From the IMG/VR virus record IMGVR_UViG_3300030419_007436, positions 64,001 through 128,000 of that record: a stretch of DNA of 64,000 nt; one strand, 5' to 3'. The DNA comes from a virus. The translations under genes and the position numbers were made by a program. The notes under the pieces were generated by a model, which ran no database searches, was not told the DNA's origin, and worked only from the letters and a program-made list of their open reading frames with translations. Every line of letters starts with the position of its first letter. The stretch's first letter is position 1. Below are positions 54,791-64,000 of this stretch, piece by piece.

Positions 54791-55654
54791 TTATTTTTTA
54801 TCACACACTTTTAATTTTTCAAACGCATCGGGGCCGCCAACCAACCAATTTCGGTCACATTTCCGAATGCCTGTTTGATCGAGACCTTTGATGATTCCCT
54901 TGCTTGTCCACTGCCACGCCGACCATTCGCTCCAGCCGCAAAGGTCGTCAGGTTCATAGCGGCCACCTTGATCAAAGGGTTTTGTATAATCAGCCACCCA
55001 TAAAGGATAATCTGTCAACCCCTCGACATTTCTACGGAGATAGCCTCTTACAAACCACTTTGCCGTGTATATTACAGCTTTTAAACCCGTCTCATTTTCT
55101 AATTCTTTTAACCATTCTAATGCCCACTGACGGTTATGCTCTGGGTCCTTCTTTTTACCTGCTTCTAGATCCAAAACTGGAAGCATATCCCCTTCCTTAA
55201 TACCATCCGGGATACCTTTCAGAAAATTTTCAACTTCCAATTTAGGATCCTTGCTATCAGCACCTATATGGGGAGAAGGAAAGTGATAGGCGCCAATTGG
55301 AATCCCCTCGGCACGACAGCCTTCAAAATTATGCATTCTGGAAGAATCATGCCAGTCGCGACCTTGAGAAACTTTTGCCCACACAAACTCTACGTTTTTC
55401 CGATCAATATTTCCCCACGGAACATTGCCATTCCACCCACTAACGTCGATTCCAGCGTATATGTCGATCCCTAATTGTTTTCTGGTGGCAGGGCCCACCA
55501 CTCCATCAATATTGAGAGAATTCCAACGTTGATACTCTTGTACCGCTTTCTCTGTTTTTGGTCCAAAATCGCCATCGACCGCTAAATTGCCCAGTGTGCG
55601 CTGGATTCTTTTAACTTCTTGGCCTTTGGTGCCTTTCTTATAAAGTAAACTCAT
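54791..55654 (-). CDS. Endolysin: peptidoglycan-binding domain plus GH25 muramidase
   Basis: VDGDFGPKT, IDGVVGPAT; GIDVSGW, LDLE, LWVADY, WQWTS. Confidence 0.9.
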   Translation of the reverse strand: MSLLYKKGTKGQEVKRIQRTLGNLAVDGDFGPKTEKAVQEYQRWNSLNIDGVVGPATRKQLGIDIYAGIDVSGWNGNVPWGNIDRKNVEFVWAKVSQGRDWHDSSRMHNFEGCRAEGIPIGAYHFPSPHIGADSKDPKLEVENFLKGIPDGIKEGDMLPVLDLEAGKKKDPEHNRQWALEWLKELENETGLKAVIYTAKWFVRGYLRRNVEGLTDYPLWVADYTKPFDQGGRYEPDDLCGWSEWSAWQWTSKGIIKGLDQTGIRKCDRNWLVGGPDAFEKLKVCDKK

Positions 55655-55941
55655 TTATCATTTCTCCTTTTTTGTACTCTATCTTTGAGTTCTTCAACGA
55701 GCTTTGTAGCCCTCTCCCAACAAGGGGGGCAGTACAAATTAACTTTGTCTTCTTTTTCTCGCACCACAACCCTCCAACTAAATACTTGTTCTCTATTTTT
55801 TTTATCAAAGGGAGCCTCACACGTCATGCATTCGTCCGGAAGGTTGCCCATCAATTTAACTTTTTTGGCCATTTCTTTTTCAGCCAACTTCTTTTTTCTA
55901 ACAAGATTTTTTCTTTTTCCTTTTCGCGCCCAGGAACCCAT
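55651..55941 (-). CDS. Small Zn-finger-like protein
   Basis: CMTC and CPPC. Confidence 0.65.
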   Translation of the reverse strand: MGSWARKGKRKNLVRKKKLAEKEMAKKVKLMGNLPDECMTCEAPFDKKNREQVFSWRVVVREKEDKVNLYCPPCWERATKLVEELKDRVQKRRNDK

Positions 55942-56358
55942 CTATTCGCCCCCTCTATAATCTTTGACGCCTTTGCCCTTCCATCTAGTATTACGACCTC
56001 TTACATCATAATGAACGAAACTGCGGTAAAGGCCCACGCCGCCCTTCTTTATTTTGCCTTCTTTGATCAGGGTGACAATGATTTTTCTTAATTCAACAGG
56101 CTTCATGCCCCTGACAACAATATCTGCGGCCTTTGCTTTCATGTGTTGAGACTTTCTCGCGCCACCAATCCTACGATTATATTTTGGGGTTCTATATCCC
56201 GAAATAATGTGCATTGGTTTTTTTATATAGTCCCGAATAATTTGTAGATTTTCAACCAATTCTTTCAAATTATCCATATATTCATCTGGTACTTCTGTGC
56301 CGTCTCGGCATTTAAATTCAGACTTTTTAAAATTTTTACTTAGTTGATTACAACTCAT
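55942..56358 (-). CDS. Peptidase M15A (D-Ala-D-Ala carboxypeptidase-like)
   Basis: SGYRTPKYN...SQHM..AADI...FVHYDVR; start MSCNQ with GGAG RBS. Confidence 0.88.
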   Translation of the reverse strand: MSCNQLSKNFKKSEFKCRDGTEVPDEYMDNLKELVENLQIIRDYIKKPMHIISGYRTPKYNRRIGGARKSQHMKAKAADIVVRGMKPVELRKIIVTLIKEGKIKKGGVGLYRSFVHYDVRGRNTRWKGKGVKDYRGGE

Positions 56359-57310
56359 TTTTATCTCCTTCTCCGCAACCGGATGTTTCAAAGTCATAAA
56401 CCCACCCGAAGGAGCGGTCTCCAATCTCACTGTGCGTTACGTGTCTATTAAAAACTACATGCCTTACGTTAGTTGGTGTTTTTTTAAATCTTTTCAAAAA
56501 TCTTCTCATGTTGTTGTATGGTCTGTCCCATTTCCTCGTTAAAATAAGAAACTCTGTTCCCCATACGCGTGGATTAAAATACTTCCAAGTAATATCAAGC
56601 CATCGTCCATATGATGCGTCTGAAAAAATAACCTTTACTGATAAAGCTTTTGCGCTGTTGTGGAGCCAGTTTAAACCTCCAGATCTTGAAATAGACATGA
56701 GAGTGCTCCCGCCAGCGCTGTGACCTAACAATGTTATATCACCCAAAATATGTGGCGGCGAAACGGGGCACTGTTCTTTGTTGCATTTGGGGTGAAAGTG
56801 TTCACGCAGTATATCCCTAACTCCCCCCACGAACGTTCCGAAAGCTCCTTTCTTAGTAAAGACTCGGCCTTGCCGCGTTCTTGGCGTAGATGTGTTTTTA
56901 GACCACGGCATTTCCGGTATCACAATTACATAATTTTTTGTTGGATCGATTAGTGTGGTATGTTCCAACACTCTCGTTCCAAAGTCCCTCTTTTTAAAGC
57001 CACCTAGGCCATGAAAGTAAAATATAATATCTATCGGCTGTTTAAAATTTGTACAAGTGGGGATAAAAACGATAGTGTCGCGTGCGTTGTTTTTATGCCT
57101 CCTGTCTATGTAGCCGTTGCCCTTCAGGGGACCAATATATGTTGTGCCTTTTATACTGTTGTCGTCTTTTGTTAGGTGTTCATAAACCTCAGTCCATGTC
57201 TTCACTGTGGGTTTATAAGCCCTAGATGCATGAACTGGGGTAAATGCATGTGAAAATCCAACAGGCATAATGATAGCGATCAAGACCACCAGTGTTCTTT
57301 TAAAACTCAT
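56348..57310 (-). CDS. Secreted alpha/beta hydrolase-like protein
   Basis: Signal peptide; FYFHG; GHSAGG nucleophile elbow. Confidence 0.65.
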   Translation of the reverse strand: MSFKRTLVVLIAIIMPVGFSHAFTPVHASRAYKPTVKTWTEVYEHLTKDDNSIKGTTYIGPLKGNGYIDRRHKNNARDTIVFIPTCTNFKQPIDIIFYFHGLGGFKKRDFGTRVLEHTTLIDPTKNYVIVIPEMPWSKNTSTPRTRQGRVFTKKGAFGTFVGGVRDILREHFHPKCNKEQCPVSPPHILGDITLLGHSAGGSTLMSISRSGGLNWLHNSAKALSVKVIFSDASYGRWLDITWKYFNPRVWGTEFLILTRKWDRPYNNMRRFLKRFKKTPTNVRHVVFNRHVTHSEIGDRSFGWVYDFETSGCGEGDKNEL

Positions 57311-57404
57311 TACTTTTATTCCTTTTCAATAGGCTGCCCCAAGCTTATTGCAACCAATATGGCAACACCAAACATTACTAAGTCCACCTTATCATAATAA
57401 CTCA

Positions 57405-57875
57405 TTATCTTTCTCCTGTCGACCCAAAGCCTCCAAGACCTCGGTCTGAGTAAAGATTCATAAAATTATCAGTCTCTAGTTCTTCCACGCCGCAATGTAT
57501 TACTGGTATTAAAACCGCTTGAGCAATCTTATCTCCTGGCTGTAAGTACTGAGTTTTTAATCCAATGTTATGAAGATTCACATAAACTTCTCCATCATAG
57601 CCAGGGTCTACAACACAAGAACCCACAACCAACTGCCTCTTATATGCGATGCCAGACTTGTTTTTAATTTCCAACATATGACCATAAGGCACTTCTACTT
57701 TTAGTCCAGTAGGGATCAGTACGCTTTCTCGTGCGCCGATGGCTAACCCCTCTTCCTTCAACACACGAGCGCGTTCTCCGTTAGGGCAGTAAAATAAGTC
57801 CATCCCTGCATCCGTTTTGTGAGCACGATGCGGAGGGCGTGCATCAGGTCTAATTTTATATACTTTTAAGTTCAT
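57405..57875 (-). CDS. dut: dUTPase
   Basis: DAGMDL, KSG, VVDPGYDGE, DKIAQ, RGLGGFGSTG. Confidence 0.95.
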   Translation of the reverse strand: MNLKVYKIRPDARPPHRAHKTDAGMDLFYCPNGERARVLKEEGLAIGARESVLIPTGLKVEVPYGHMLEIKNKSGIAYKRQLVVGSCVVDPGYDGEVYVNLHNIGLKTQYLQPGDKIAQAVLIPVIHCGVEELETDNFMNLYSDRGLGGFGSTGER

Positions 57876-57884
57876 GTTTCTCCT

Positions 57885-60800
57885 TTATGCTAACATTCTG
57901 AAATTGTATTTTATAGAGCGGGTACTAAAACCCCACTGATCATCATATTCTAGTTTGCTCATGTATGGGTGATTTATATATATTTCATCTCGCTCGGGGT
58001 TAACTCCCCAACACTTAATGGCGGTCACTGTTGATGTGTTATCAATCACTTTAACAATCCAATAGGTTTTACCATTTTTTGTCTTTTTTGGGATGATCTC
58101 TCTTGGTATAAACCATGCTACCCCCAGATCATTGTCCCATTCTCCAATGGGGGGCACTTTATAATAATCAAGTCGATTCATAACAGAATCATCTAGTACT
58201 AAATCCATGGGAAATATGCCAGTAAGAGACACAAGATTATTAATTTTTTCTTCATCGTTGAAATCTCCCTCCGGCTTAAATAAATCAATATTTTCCTCAA
58301 ACTTTTTCAAATTCTTCGGCCTCTCAACAACCGCGGCTGACCAGAAGTGCTTAAGTCCTGTGAATCTATCATCCACCAAACTACTCAGCGCCCCAGATCG
58401 CACCAAGACATCCAGCGCCTTCTTGTTTAGTTTACTATAAAGAATGTTATCATTAAAGAGAAATTCTTCAGCACTTTTGAAAGGTCTGTTGTTAATAATT
58501 TGCTCGATTGCTTTTTCTCCTAATCCTTTCAAGGAGGTTAGGGGCTGTATAAGTGTTTTGTTGTCAGCGTCAATATCCCACACCACACCAGAATTATTAA
58601 CATCCACTGGCTTAATTTTAAATTTAAACTTTTTTGCGAGATTTATTGCTCTCTCTTTCCTAGTTTCTGGCTCTTTGTCTAAAAACGCCGCCATCCATTC
58701 AGCAGGATAATAATTAAAAAGCCATGCGCATTGATAAGAAATTATAGAATATGAAACAGCGTGAGATTTGTTGAAACCGTAGCCAGAGAAATATTCAAAC
58801 TTTTTCCACATTTTTTCTGCCCAGTTCTTGGACAACCCCTTTTCAACACACCCAGCAACAAACTTAAGCTTTATTTGATTTTTTTGTTTAGCTGCCGAGC
58901 CGGTGCCTTTTTTTGTAAGAAGCTTACGAAGCTTATTGCCTTCATCCAAACTCAAATCTTTGCCGAGCTTGTGGGCCAACAGTGCAATTTGTTCTTGAAA
59001 AATTAAAAAACCATAGGTTTCTTCTGTAAGACTCTTGACATAATCATGTTCGTAAAGAATATCTTCTGGGTTTTTTTTGGCCCTCACATAGAGTTTATCC
59101 ACATCCGCGCCGAGGGGCCCCGGGCGATAAATCGAGGTGATGGCAGCAAGATCAATTATGTTTCTAGGAAGCGCCTTTCTACAAAATTTTTGGGCGCCAT
59201 TCTCTGTAAATTGGAATATTCCGGCCCACTTGCCTTTATGAAAAATGTTTTCGTAAACTTTCTGATCATTTAAGTCTATTTTTTCCGGATGTAAATGTTT
59301 GTCATAATAGTTTTTAATATCCCTGAAGGTGGGTGACTTCACACCATGATATCTCTTAAGAATGTGACCAACTGCCCCTTCGATCATCTTCAGCGTCGAA
59401 AGGCCAAGAATATCAAATTTAATAAAGCCCATGGGTTCTAAGTGTCTGACATTTTGACCCTCTGACCACGGAGTTTGAGTAACTCCACCACTATTGATTA
59501 GTGGCATGTACTTATTTAAATCTTCTCCGATAACAACGCCACCGGCATGCCGAGAAACAGAGCGCATCTGCCCATATAGTACATTAATATGGCTTGCCAC
59601 GTGCGGGTGCTTGTTTAGAAAATTCTTAAGAGACTCCGAAAACTCCATAACTTCTTCAAAAGTTGGTGTATAAACTCCTGACTTAATGCCGTGCTTTTTC
59701 TTTGCTAGAGGTGTTGCCTCTTTGAGCATCCGAGAAGTAACAGCATTAACTTCCGTGAATGGTATTTCATAAAACTTAGATATATCTTTTACAAGAGAAC
59801 GAAGCTGCAAAGTGTTAAAATTTGAGATAGGTACAACCTTATCGCCTCCCCACTCATCAATCAACATCTCTTTAAGAATCATGGGATCAGATACATCATA
59901 ATCAATATCTGGGTAATCTTTTGCATCCGAACGCATAAAGCGAGAGAACAAAAGGTTATATTTGATGGGGTCAATCTGAGTTATCCCAAGCACATAGGCA
60001 ACTAATGATCCGGCTGCAGAGCCGCGGCCCGGGCCTGTAAGCTGTACTGAGTTTGCCTTGTCGACTACCGCATTCATTGTGAGAAAATACTTACTAAATC
60101 CCCTCTCATCAATAATTTGTAACTCTTCCTTAAGTCTATCAGTATATTCTTCTGCTGTGTGCAAACTCAACGCCCTCAATCCTTCAAAGCAAAGCTGTGA
60201 CAGCGCTTGTGAGGCCGTAAATCCGGCCGGTACAACAAAATCAGGGAGTCGCACCGTGTTATCCGGTAAAAACGATTCTATGCGCTCATGGGCAATTCTA
60301 TGAGTTTCTGTTATAGATTTCATTACTAAATCATCATCATATTTAGCGCCGCATTCTTTTGAATATGTTTTATAAGACTCCCACATCTGATCGCCGTTTT
60401 TCGGATAGAGTTCATATCCAATATCTTCAACTCCAATCGGAAGCTCAGACGAAAGCCATGAAGGTGTTGAACCTTTACCAAGCCACCCAAGGCGTTTATA
60501 AAGTTCTCTATCTTTCCATGCATTTTGCGAAGGATAGTGACTGTCCGCAGTAGAAATCAAACCAAACCCATACTTTTTAGATACTTGAATAATATATTTG
60601 TTTAACTCGTGTTGTTCGGGAATGTTATTCCACTGAAGCTCTCCATACCATCGATCACCGAATATGTCCATCATTTTCGTAGTGGTCTTGCTCATAGCAT
60701 CTCGAATTTGTGAGGGGCCCTTATCTTTATTTTCCCAATAGTCTCCAGCGTAGACGCCTCCGAGGCATGCGCTGGCAGCAATAACACCTTCGTTGTATTT

Positions 60801-61319
60801 ACGGAGGAGTTTGTAGTCTACCCTTGGAAAACGATAGAAGCTTTCTTTTGAAAAAGATTTAGAAACCATCTTAAAAATATTGTTTAGCCCCGTTTGATTT
60901 TGGGCCAAAAGAATTAGATGGCGTCGGCGGTTCAATATGTTTTTAACAGCAGTCTTCGACGAACCTTCATCCTCAATCGTCGTAGCTGACCTAGAATCGT
61001 CCAGCGTGCGTTTAGCCTTTTTGTCTTCTTTTGCTTTTTCGTATTCTTGTTTCCACTCTGAAAGGCTCGGAAGAAAGTAGGCCTCCACTCCAAATATGGG
61101 CTTAAAATTCTTGCCTTCTTCTTGCATTTTTTTGGCGTGTAGCACCTGATATGCCATACCATTCATATTACCATGGTCGGTTAAAGCAAGCGCATCGCAT
61201 CCATTATTATAGGCGAAATCCATGTGTTCCTGTGGGTATCCCAATCCATCAAAAGGGCTTCCAACTCCACTGTGTGCATGTAAACCAACGAAAGGTATTT
61301 TACTCATTATCTTCTCCAA
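57885..61319 (-). CDS. dnaE: DNA polymerase III alpha subunit (family C)
   Basis: PHP domain LHAHS/LTDHG; GRGSAAGS, YPDIDYD, HAGG, KFDILGL, FNKSHA. Confidence 0.97.
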   Translation of the reverse strand: MEKIMSKIPFVGLHAHSGVGSPFDGLGYPQEHMDFAYNNGCDALALTDHGNMNGMAYQVLHAKKMQEEGKNFKPIFGVEAYFLPSLSEWKQEYEKAKEDKKAKRTLDDSRSATTIEDEGSSKTAVKNILNRRRHLILLAQNQTGLNNIFKMVSKSFSKESFYRFPRVDYKLLRKYNEGVIAASACLGGVYAGDYWENKDKGPSQIRDAMSKTTTKMMDIFGDRWYGELQWNNIPEQHELNKYIIQVSKKYGFGLISTADSHYPSQNAWKDRELYKRLGWLGKGSTPSWLSSELPIGVEDIGYELYPKNGDQMWESYKTYSKECGAKYDDDLVMKSITETHRIAHERIESFLPDNTVRLPDFVVPAGFTASQALSQLCFEGLRALSLHTAEEYTDRLKEELQIIDERGFSKYFLTMNAVVDKANSVQLTGPGRGSAAGSLVAYVLGITQIDPIKYNLLFSRFMRSDAKDYPDIDYDVSDPMILKEMLIDEWGGDKVVPISNFNTLQLRSLVKDISKFYEIPFTEVNAVTSRMLKEATPLAKKKHGIKSGVYTPTFEEVMEFSESLKNFLNKHPHVASHINVLYGQMRSVSRHAGGVVIGEDLNKYMPLINSGGVTQTPWSEGQNVRHLEPMGFIKFDILGLSTLKMIEGAVGHILKRYHGVKSPTFRDIKNYYDKHLHPEKIDLNDQKVYENIFHKGKWAGIFQFTENGAQKFCRKALPRNIIDLAAITSIYRPGPLGADVDKLYVRAKKNPEDILYEHDYVKSLTEETYGFLIFQEQIALLAHKLGKDLSLDEGNKLRKLLTKKGTGSAAKQKNQIKLKFVAGCVEKGLSKNWAEKMWKKFEYFSGYGFNKSHAVSYSIISYQCAWLFNYYPAEWMAAFLDKEPETRKERAINLAKKFKFKIKPVDVNNSGVVWDIDADNKTLIQPLTSLKGLGEKAIEQIINNRPFKSAEEFLFNDNILYSKLNKKALDVLVRSGALSSLVDDRFTGLKHFWSAAVVERPKNLKKFEENIDLFKPEGDFNDEEKINNLVSLTGIFPMDLVLDDSVMNRLDYYKVPPIGEWDNDLGVAWFIPREIIPKKTKNGKTYWIVKVIDNTSTVTAIKCWGVNPERDEIYINHPYMSKLEYDDQWGFSTRSIKYNFRMLA

Positions 61320-62181
61320 TCATATTCCACTCATGATATCCTAACATACTCTTAGGGGGCTTGTCAAGTTTTTTGCCACTCCCTAAATATTTTTTTAAAT
61401 TGTCCCAATTGTCTATTTTGTAATACCAAGGTACCTCAACCTTTGTATCTTTTATTTTAACATTTTTAAATATCTTGTCAAGTTTAAAATGGCGGCCCGA
61501 CCATCTTTCTTCAATAGGAATTCTTTTTTTTGCGTCATAATCATTAAATTGGCCTGTTCCTTGTTCCCTTATTACACGACGGGCTTCCTTGAAATCTTCT
61601 GAGTCGAATGTAAAAGCCAAATACTCATCATTTCTCACGTCTTTTCCATCGTACGAAAGATAAAATCCTTTTTTATTTGAAATTTTACTCCTATGCGGGA
61701 TGATAACTTCGGGGTCATACACACCATATGGAAAACATGCATAATATTTATCAGGTATCACCCATTTACTTATTGTGCGACTCAACCAGTAAGCTGTTAA
61801 AGCACCATATAATACACTCCAACCAAGAGAATCTCTTTTGTCTCTATCTTTTTGGTGTATGGGCACATAGTATATGGGTATTACTCTTTCATGTTCCTTT
61901 GGAAATGTTTTTCTTGTGAGGTTGTGTCGAAGAGGATCCTGAACATAATCCCCCAGGCGGTACCTTATGAGGGGTTGCATATCGTCATGACAAACAATCC
62001 AAATTGTTTCACAACCTGCGCATGCACACTCCCAAACTGCGCGTTCGACCGCCAAGTAATTTTTTCCAATTGGTTGTAGACAATCGTGCCACGGGAAGCC
62101 AAAATCTAATTTTTGACCCGCAACAGGTATAATACCCGCCAAATGAAAACTGTTTATTAGCTGTGGACCTTTTTCTATCAT
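61300..62181 (-). CDS. Sugar-phosphate nucleotidyltransferase-like protein
   Basis: GIIPVAG...LQPIG...CACAGCETIWIV resembles the NTP-transferase N-terminus. Confidence 0.55.
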   Translation of the reverse strand: MIEKGPQLINSFHLAGIIPVAGQKLDFGFPWHDCLQPIGKNYLAVERAVWECACAGCETIWIVCHDDMQPLIRYRLGDYVQDPLRHNLTRKTFPKEHERVIPIYYVPIHQKDRDKRDSLGWSVLYGALTAYWLSRTISKWVIPDKYYACFPYGVYDPEVIIPHRSKISNKKGFYLSYDGKDVRNDEYLAFTFDSEDFKEARRVIREQGTGQFNDYDAKKRIPIEERWSGRHFKLDKIFKNVKIKDTKVEVPWYYKIDNWDNLKKYLGSGKKLDKPPKSMLGYHEWNMIGEDNE

Positions 62182-62906
62182 TTAAACTTTATTTTCTTAG
62201 TGTCTTCATAAGTGTGCATATATGCTTTTCTTATTTCGCGGCGGTCAACCTCTAATTTTAAAGCATATTGGTTGTTTCCCCCACACTTTGTCCCCTTCAA
62301 TCCCTTTTCCCTCAGAAGATGAGTTACTTTAAATCTGGCGTATGTGTCAGAATATTCAAAATCATTTAACTGCTCTTTTTTTAAAAAAGATATAGAAACT
62401 AAGTCCTTTCTATTTGGATGATGGCCATCCATTCTTTCTGACGGGTAAAAGTATATTTTATTTACAAATAAATCATCAGTGTCAATAGTTTCACAACGAT
62501 GTGTTTCACACGAGCGAGCAATCATCCAGTCAAGAACAACGAAGGTGTCATTCTCTTTTTTTGGAAGTGGAAGTCCCTCCACATTCTCATCGTCGAAAAC
62601 AAAAAGCTTTTCATAGACAAACTTCACGATGCGCGCATTTTCAGTACTCACCACAACTTCCTCTTCCTTTATTCTAACCTGACGTGTTTTGTGCCCTAAC
62701 AAATTTAATCCCCGCAGGGATAGATAATAAAACAGGTCAAACCATATTTTTATTGCGCTCTCGCCATTTACCTCTTCAAATCGATGAGGAAGATTAATTT
62801 TATTTATTATTATAGGGAGTGATTTTTTTTTGGAATATTTTAAAGCGTCTAGAGTGCCACCAAGTACAATTTCTTTATATTCATATTTTGGTATTTTAAT
62901 TAACAC
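62178..62906 (-). CDS. Hypothetical protein
   Basis: 242 aa ORF, coupled overlap. Confidence 0.7.
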   Translation of the reverse strand: MLIKIPKYEYKEIVLGGTLDALKYSKKKSLPIIINKINLPHRFEEVNGESAIKIWFDLFYYLSLRGLNLLGHKTRQVRIKEEEVVVSTENARIVKFVYEKLFVFDDENVEGLPLPKKENDTFVVLDWMIARSCETHRCETIDTDDLFVNKIYFYPSERMDGHHPNRKDLVSISFLKKEQLNDFEYSDTYARFKVTHLLREKGLKGTKCGGNNQYALKLEVDRREIRKAYMHTYEDTKKIKFK

Positions 62907-62920
62907 TTATTAAAACTATT

Positions 62921-63214
62921 TTATTTGGCCTTTTGGACCTCGTTGTGCCACCCTCTTAAAGGCATCAGCTTAGTTGTTCCTGTGCATTCGGCGCGATTCG
63001 GCTTCCCTTTGATTATTCTTTCCCAAGACGACCACTTGGGGAGAATTGTTCTTCTTACACAGGTCTCGAAACTTTCAATTACATTTGTTTCTTTAACAAA
63101 ATGTTCTCCCCATTCTGTAATCTCTTTATTTTCATTTAAATGATTAATATATGAGTCGTCCACCAGGGGGGAAGTTAGTGATAATAAAAAAGATATCACA
63201 ATTGTTTTTAACAT
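62921..63214 (-). CDS. Small secreted hypothetical protein
   Basis: Signal-like N-terminus. Confidence 0.55.
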   Translation of the reverse strand: MLKTIVISFLLSLTSPLVDDSYINHLNENKEITEWGEHFVKETNVIESFETCVRRTILPKWSSWERIIKGKPNRAECTGTTKLMPLRGWHNEVQKAK

Positions 63215-63269
63215 ACTATTTTTTCCTTCTTAAGTTTTTTATATGGCTCGGTATTTTCTTGAAGCCTTT

Positions 63270-63971
63270 TTACCACTCCAGTCCTTTTCTACTTTTCATC
63301 ATTGCCTCAATCCAAGATTTCGGCTGCGATGTTTTTCTCCCTTCCTTTAGCTGGAAGTGTTTACCGCTTGCCCTCGACCAAAAATCTGAATCTTCTGAAA
63401 CCGTGTCTACGCTTGTCCAGGGTCCAGCCCATGCGTCCTTTATTTGGTTTCCGTTTTTATCATAGGCATTAATAATTTTAAATTCATTGCCTCGGGAGGT
63501 CGTTGCGCTTTCGCCAAATATAAAAGCCTCTTGATCGTATTTTCGAGACATTTCGGCGCCAAAGTCAAACAAGGCCTCTGGGGTGCTTTCCTCCAAGTCG
63601 GCGCCGCGGCCATGTGTTGTAACAAGTAGACTATTTTCAATTACATGTACCGGCTCTTCTAATTCAACTTCAATTTCTTCGCCGGTTTCGGGATCAACTT
63701 CTGTTTTAGTGGTTTCCTTGAAGCCACCCTTAAGTTCTGTAAAGGGAAATCCAGCTGTCGCGAAATCTTGTTTCATTTGTTGGTACATTCTCCTGTTCTG
63801 TGCCGTACTTCTTTCGTGCCGGTCGGAAGACATAATAACAAAAGGATTTCCCCCTTCAATATGATCTCTCACACGATTATAAGAACTCATCTCCTTAAGG
63901 GTAGATCTCTCTTCAACGGCCTCCTTGACTATTTCATAGACAGCCTCCTTTGTGAGAGATGCAGCTTTCAA
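63270..63971 (-). CDS. Conserved phage protein with divergent class I leader
   Basis: SLTKEAVYEIVKEAVEE...TLKE; YDQEAFI. Confidence 0.7.
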   Translation of the reverse strand: MKAASLTKEAVYEIVKEAVEERSTLKEMSSYNRVRDHIEGGNPFVIMSSDRHERSTAQNRRMYQQMKQDFATAGFPFTELKGGFKETTKTEVDPETGEEIEVELEEPVHVIENSLLVTTHGRGADLEESTPEALFDFGAEMSRKYDQEAFIFGESATTSRGNEFKIINAYDKNGNQIKDAWAGPWTSVDTVSEDSDFWSRASGKHFQLKEGRKTSQPKSWIEAMMKSRKGLEW

Positions 63972-64000
63972 AATATCCTTTATATTTTTAGTAAGATCCA

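Noticed and set aside
57885-61319. Intein or intron in dnaE
   Set aside because: The 1144 aa length is normal, motifs are contiguous, and no splice-junction or LAGLIDADG signature is seen.
656-63864. Most plus-strand ORFs in the track (e.g. 15531..16253, 52067..52573, 18772..19215)
   Set aside because: They are antisense shadows of well-supported minus-strand genes, with no RBS or motifs.
1-64000. Alternative genetic code suggested by the in-frame TGA at 20416
   Set aside because: Long conserved genes (dnaE, IMPDH family, groL) are intact under code 11, and TGA is the regular stop of the cassette genes.
1-64000. tRNA genes
   Set aside because: GTTCGA/TCGAAC-like strings that I found fall inside ORFs without cloverleaf context; a tRNAscan-SE run would be needed to exclude them fully.

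Overview
This window is a 64 kb segment of a large, probably uncultured dsDNA phage genome. It is AT-rich, uses genetic code 11, and nearly all genes lie on the minus strand. I found no tRNA, CRISPR array, integrase or reverse transcriptase. It has three zones. (1) About 1-30,540 is a late/morphogenesis zone. About 23 unrelated ORFs (one of them outside this zone, at 63270) carry one of two shared N-terminal leaders, MKLTKSKLKQIIKEE or MKLLFENWRxYLxE, fused to different cargo domains: kinase, ADP-ribosyltransferase-like, nucleotidyltransferase, HAD, guanylate kinase, glycosylase-like, pyrophosphatase-like and small Cys proteins. This zone also holds a lipoprotein cluster. (2) About 30,700-43,100 is an early zone driven by a repeated sigma70-like promoter (TTGACA-N17-GATAAT). 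It contains a MoxR ATPase/VWA pair and head-to-tail arrays of about 55-65 aa 'MQVGDLV...LEVISASR' genes. These genes are joined by a conserved ~33 bp dual-coding junction that supplies RBS, start codon and stop codon at once. (3) About 43,100-64,000 carries metabolism, proteostasis, replication and lysis genes: PAP2, a His-box hydroxylase, a CglF/GltF-like protein, glutaredoxin, GroEL, ClpP, an IMPDH/GMPR enzyme, GH25 and M15 lysins, dUTPase and DnaE. The two best candidates for an undescribed system are the self-coupling mini-gene cassette arrays and the shared-leader (putative capsid-targeting) effector set. The CglF-like gene and Cys-rich VWA lipoprotein hint at a Myxococcota/Bdellovibrionota-type host (inference). 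All family calls come from motif recognition by eye; no searches were run.
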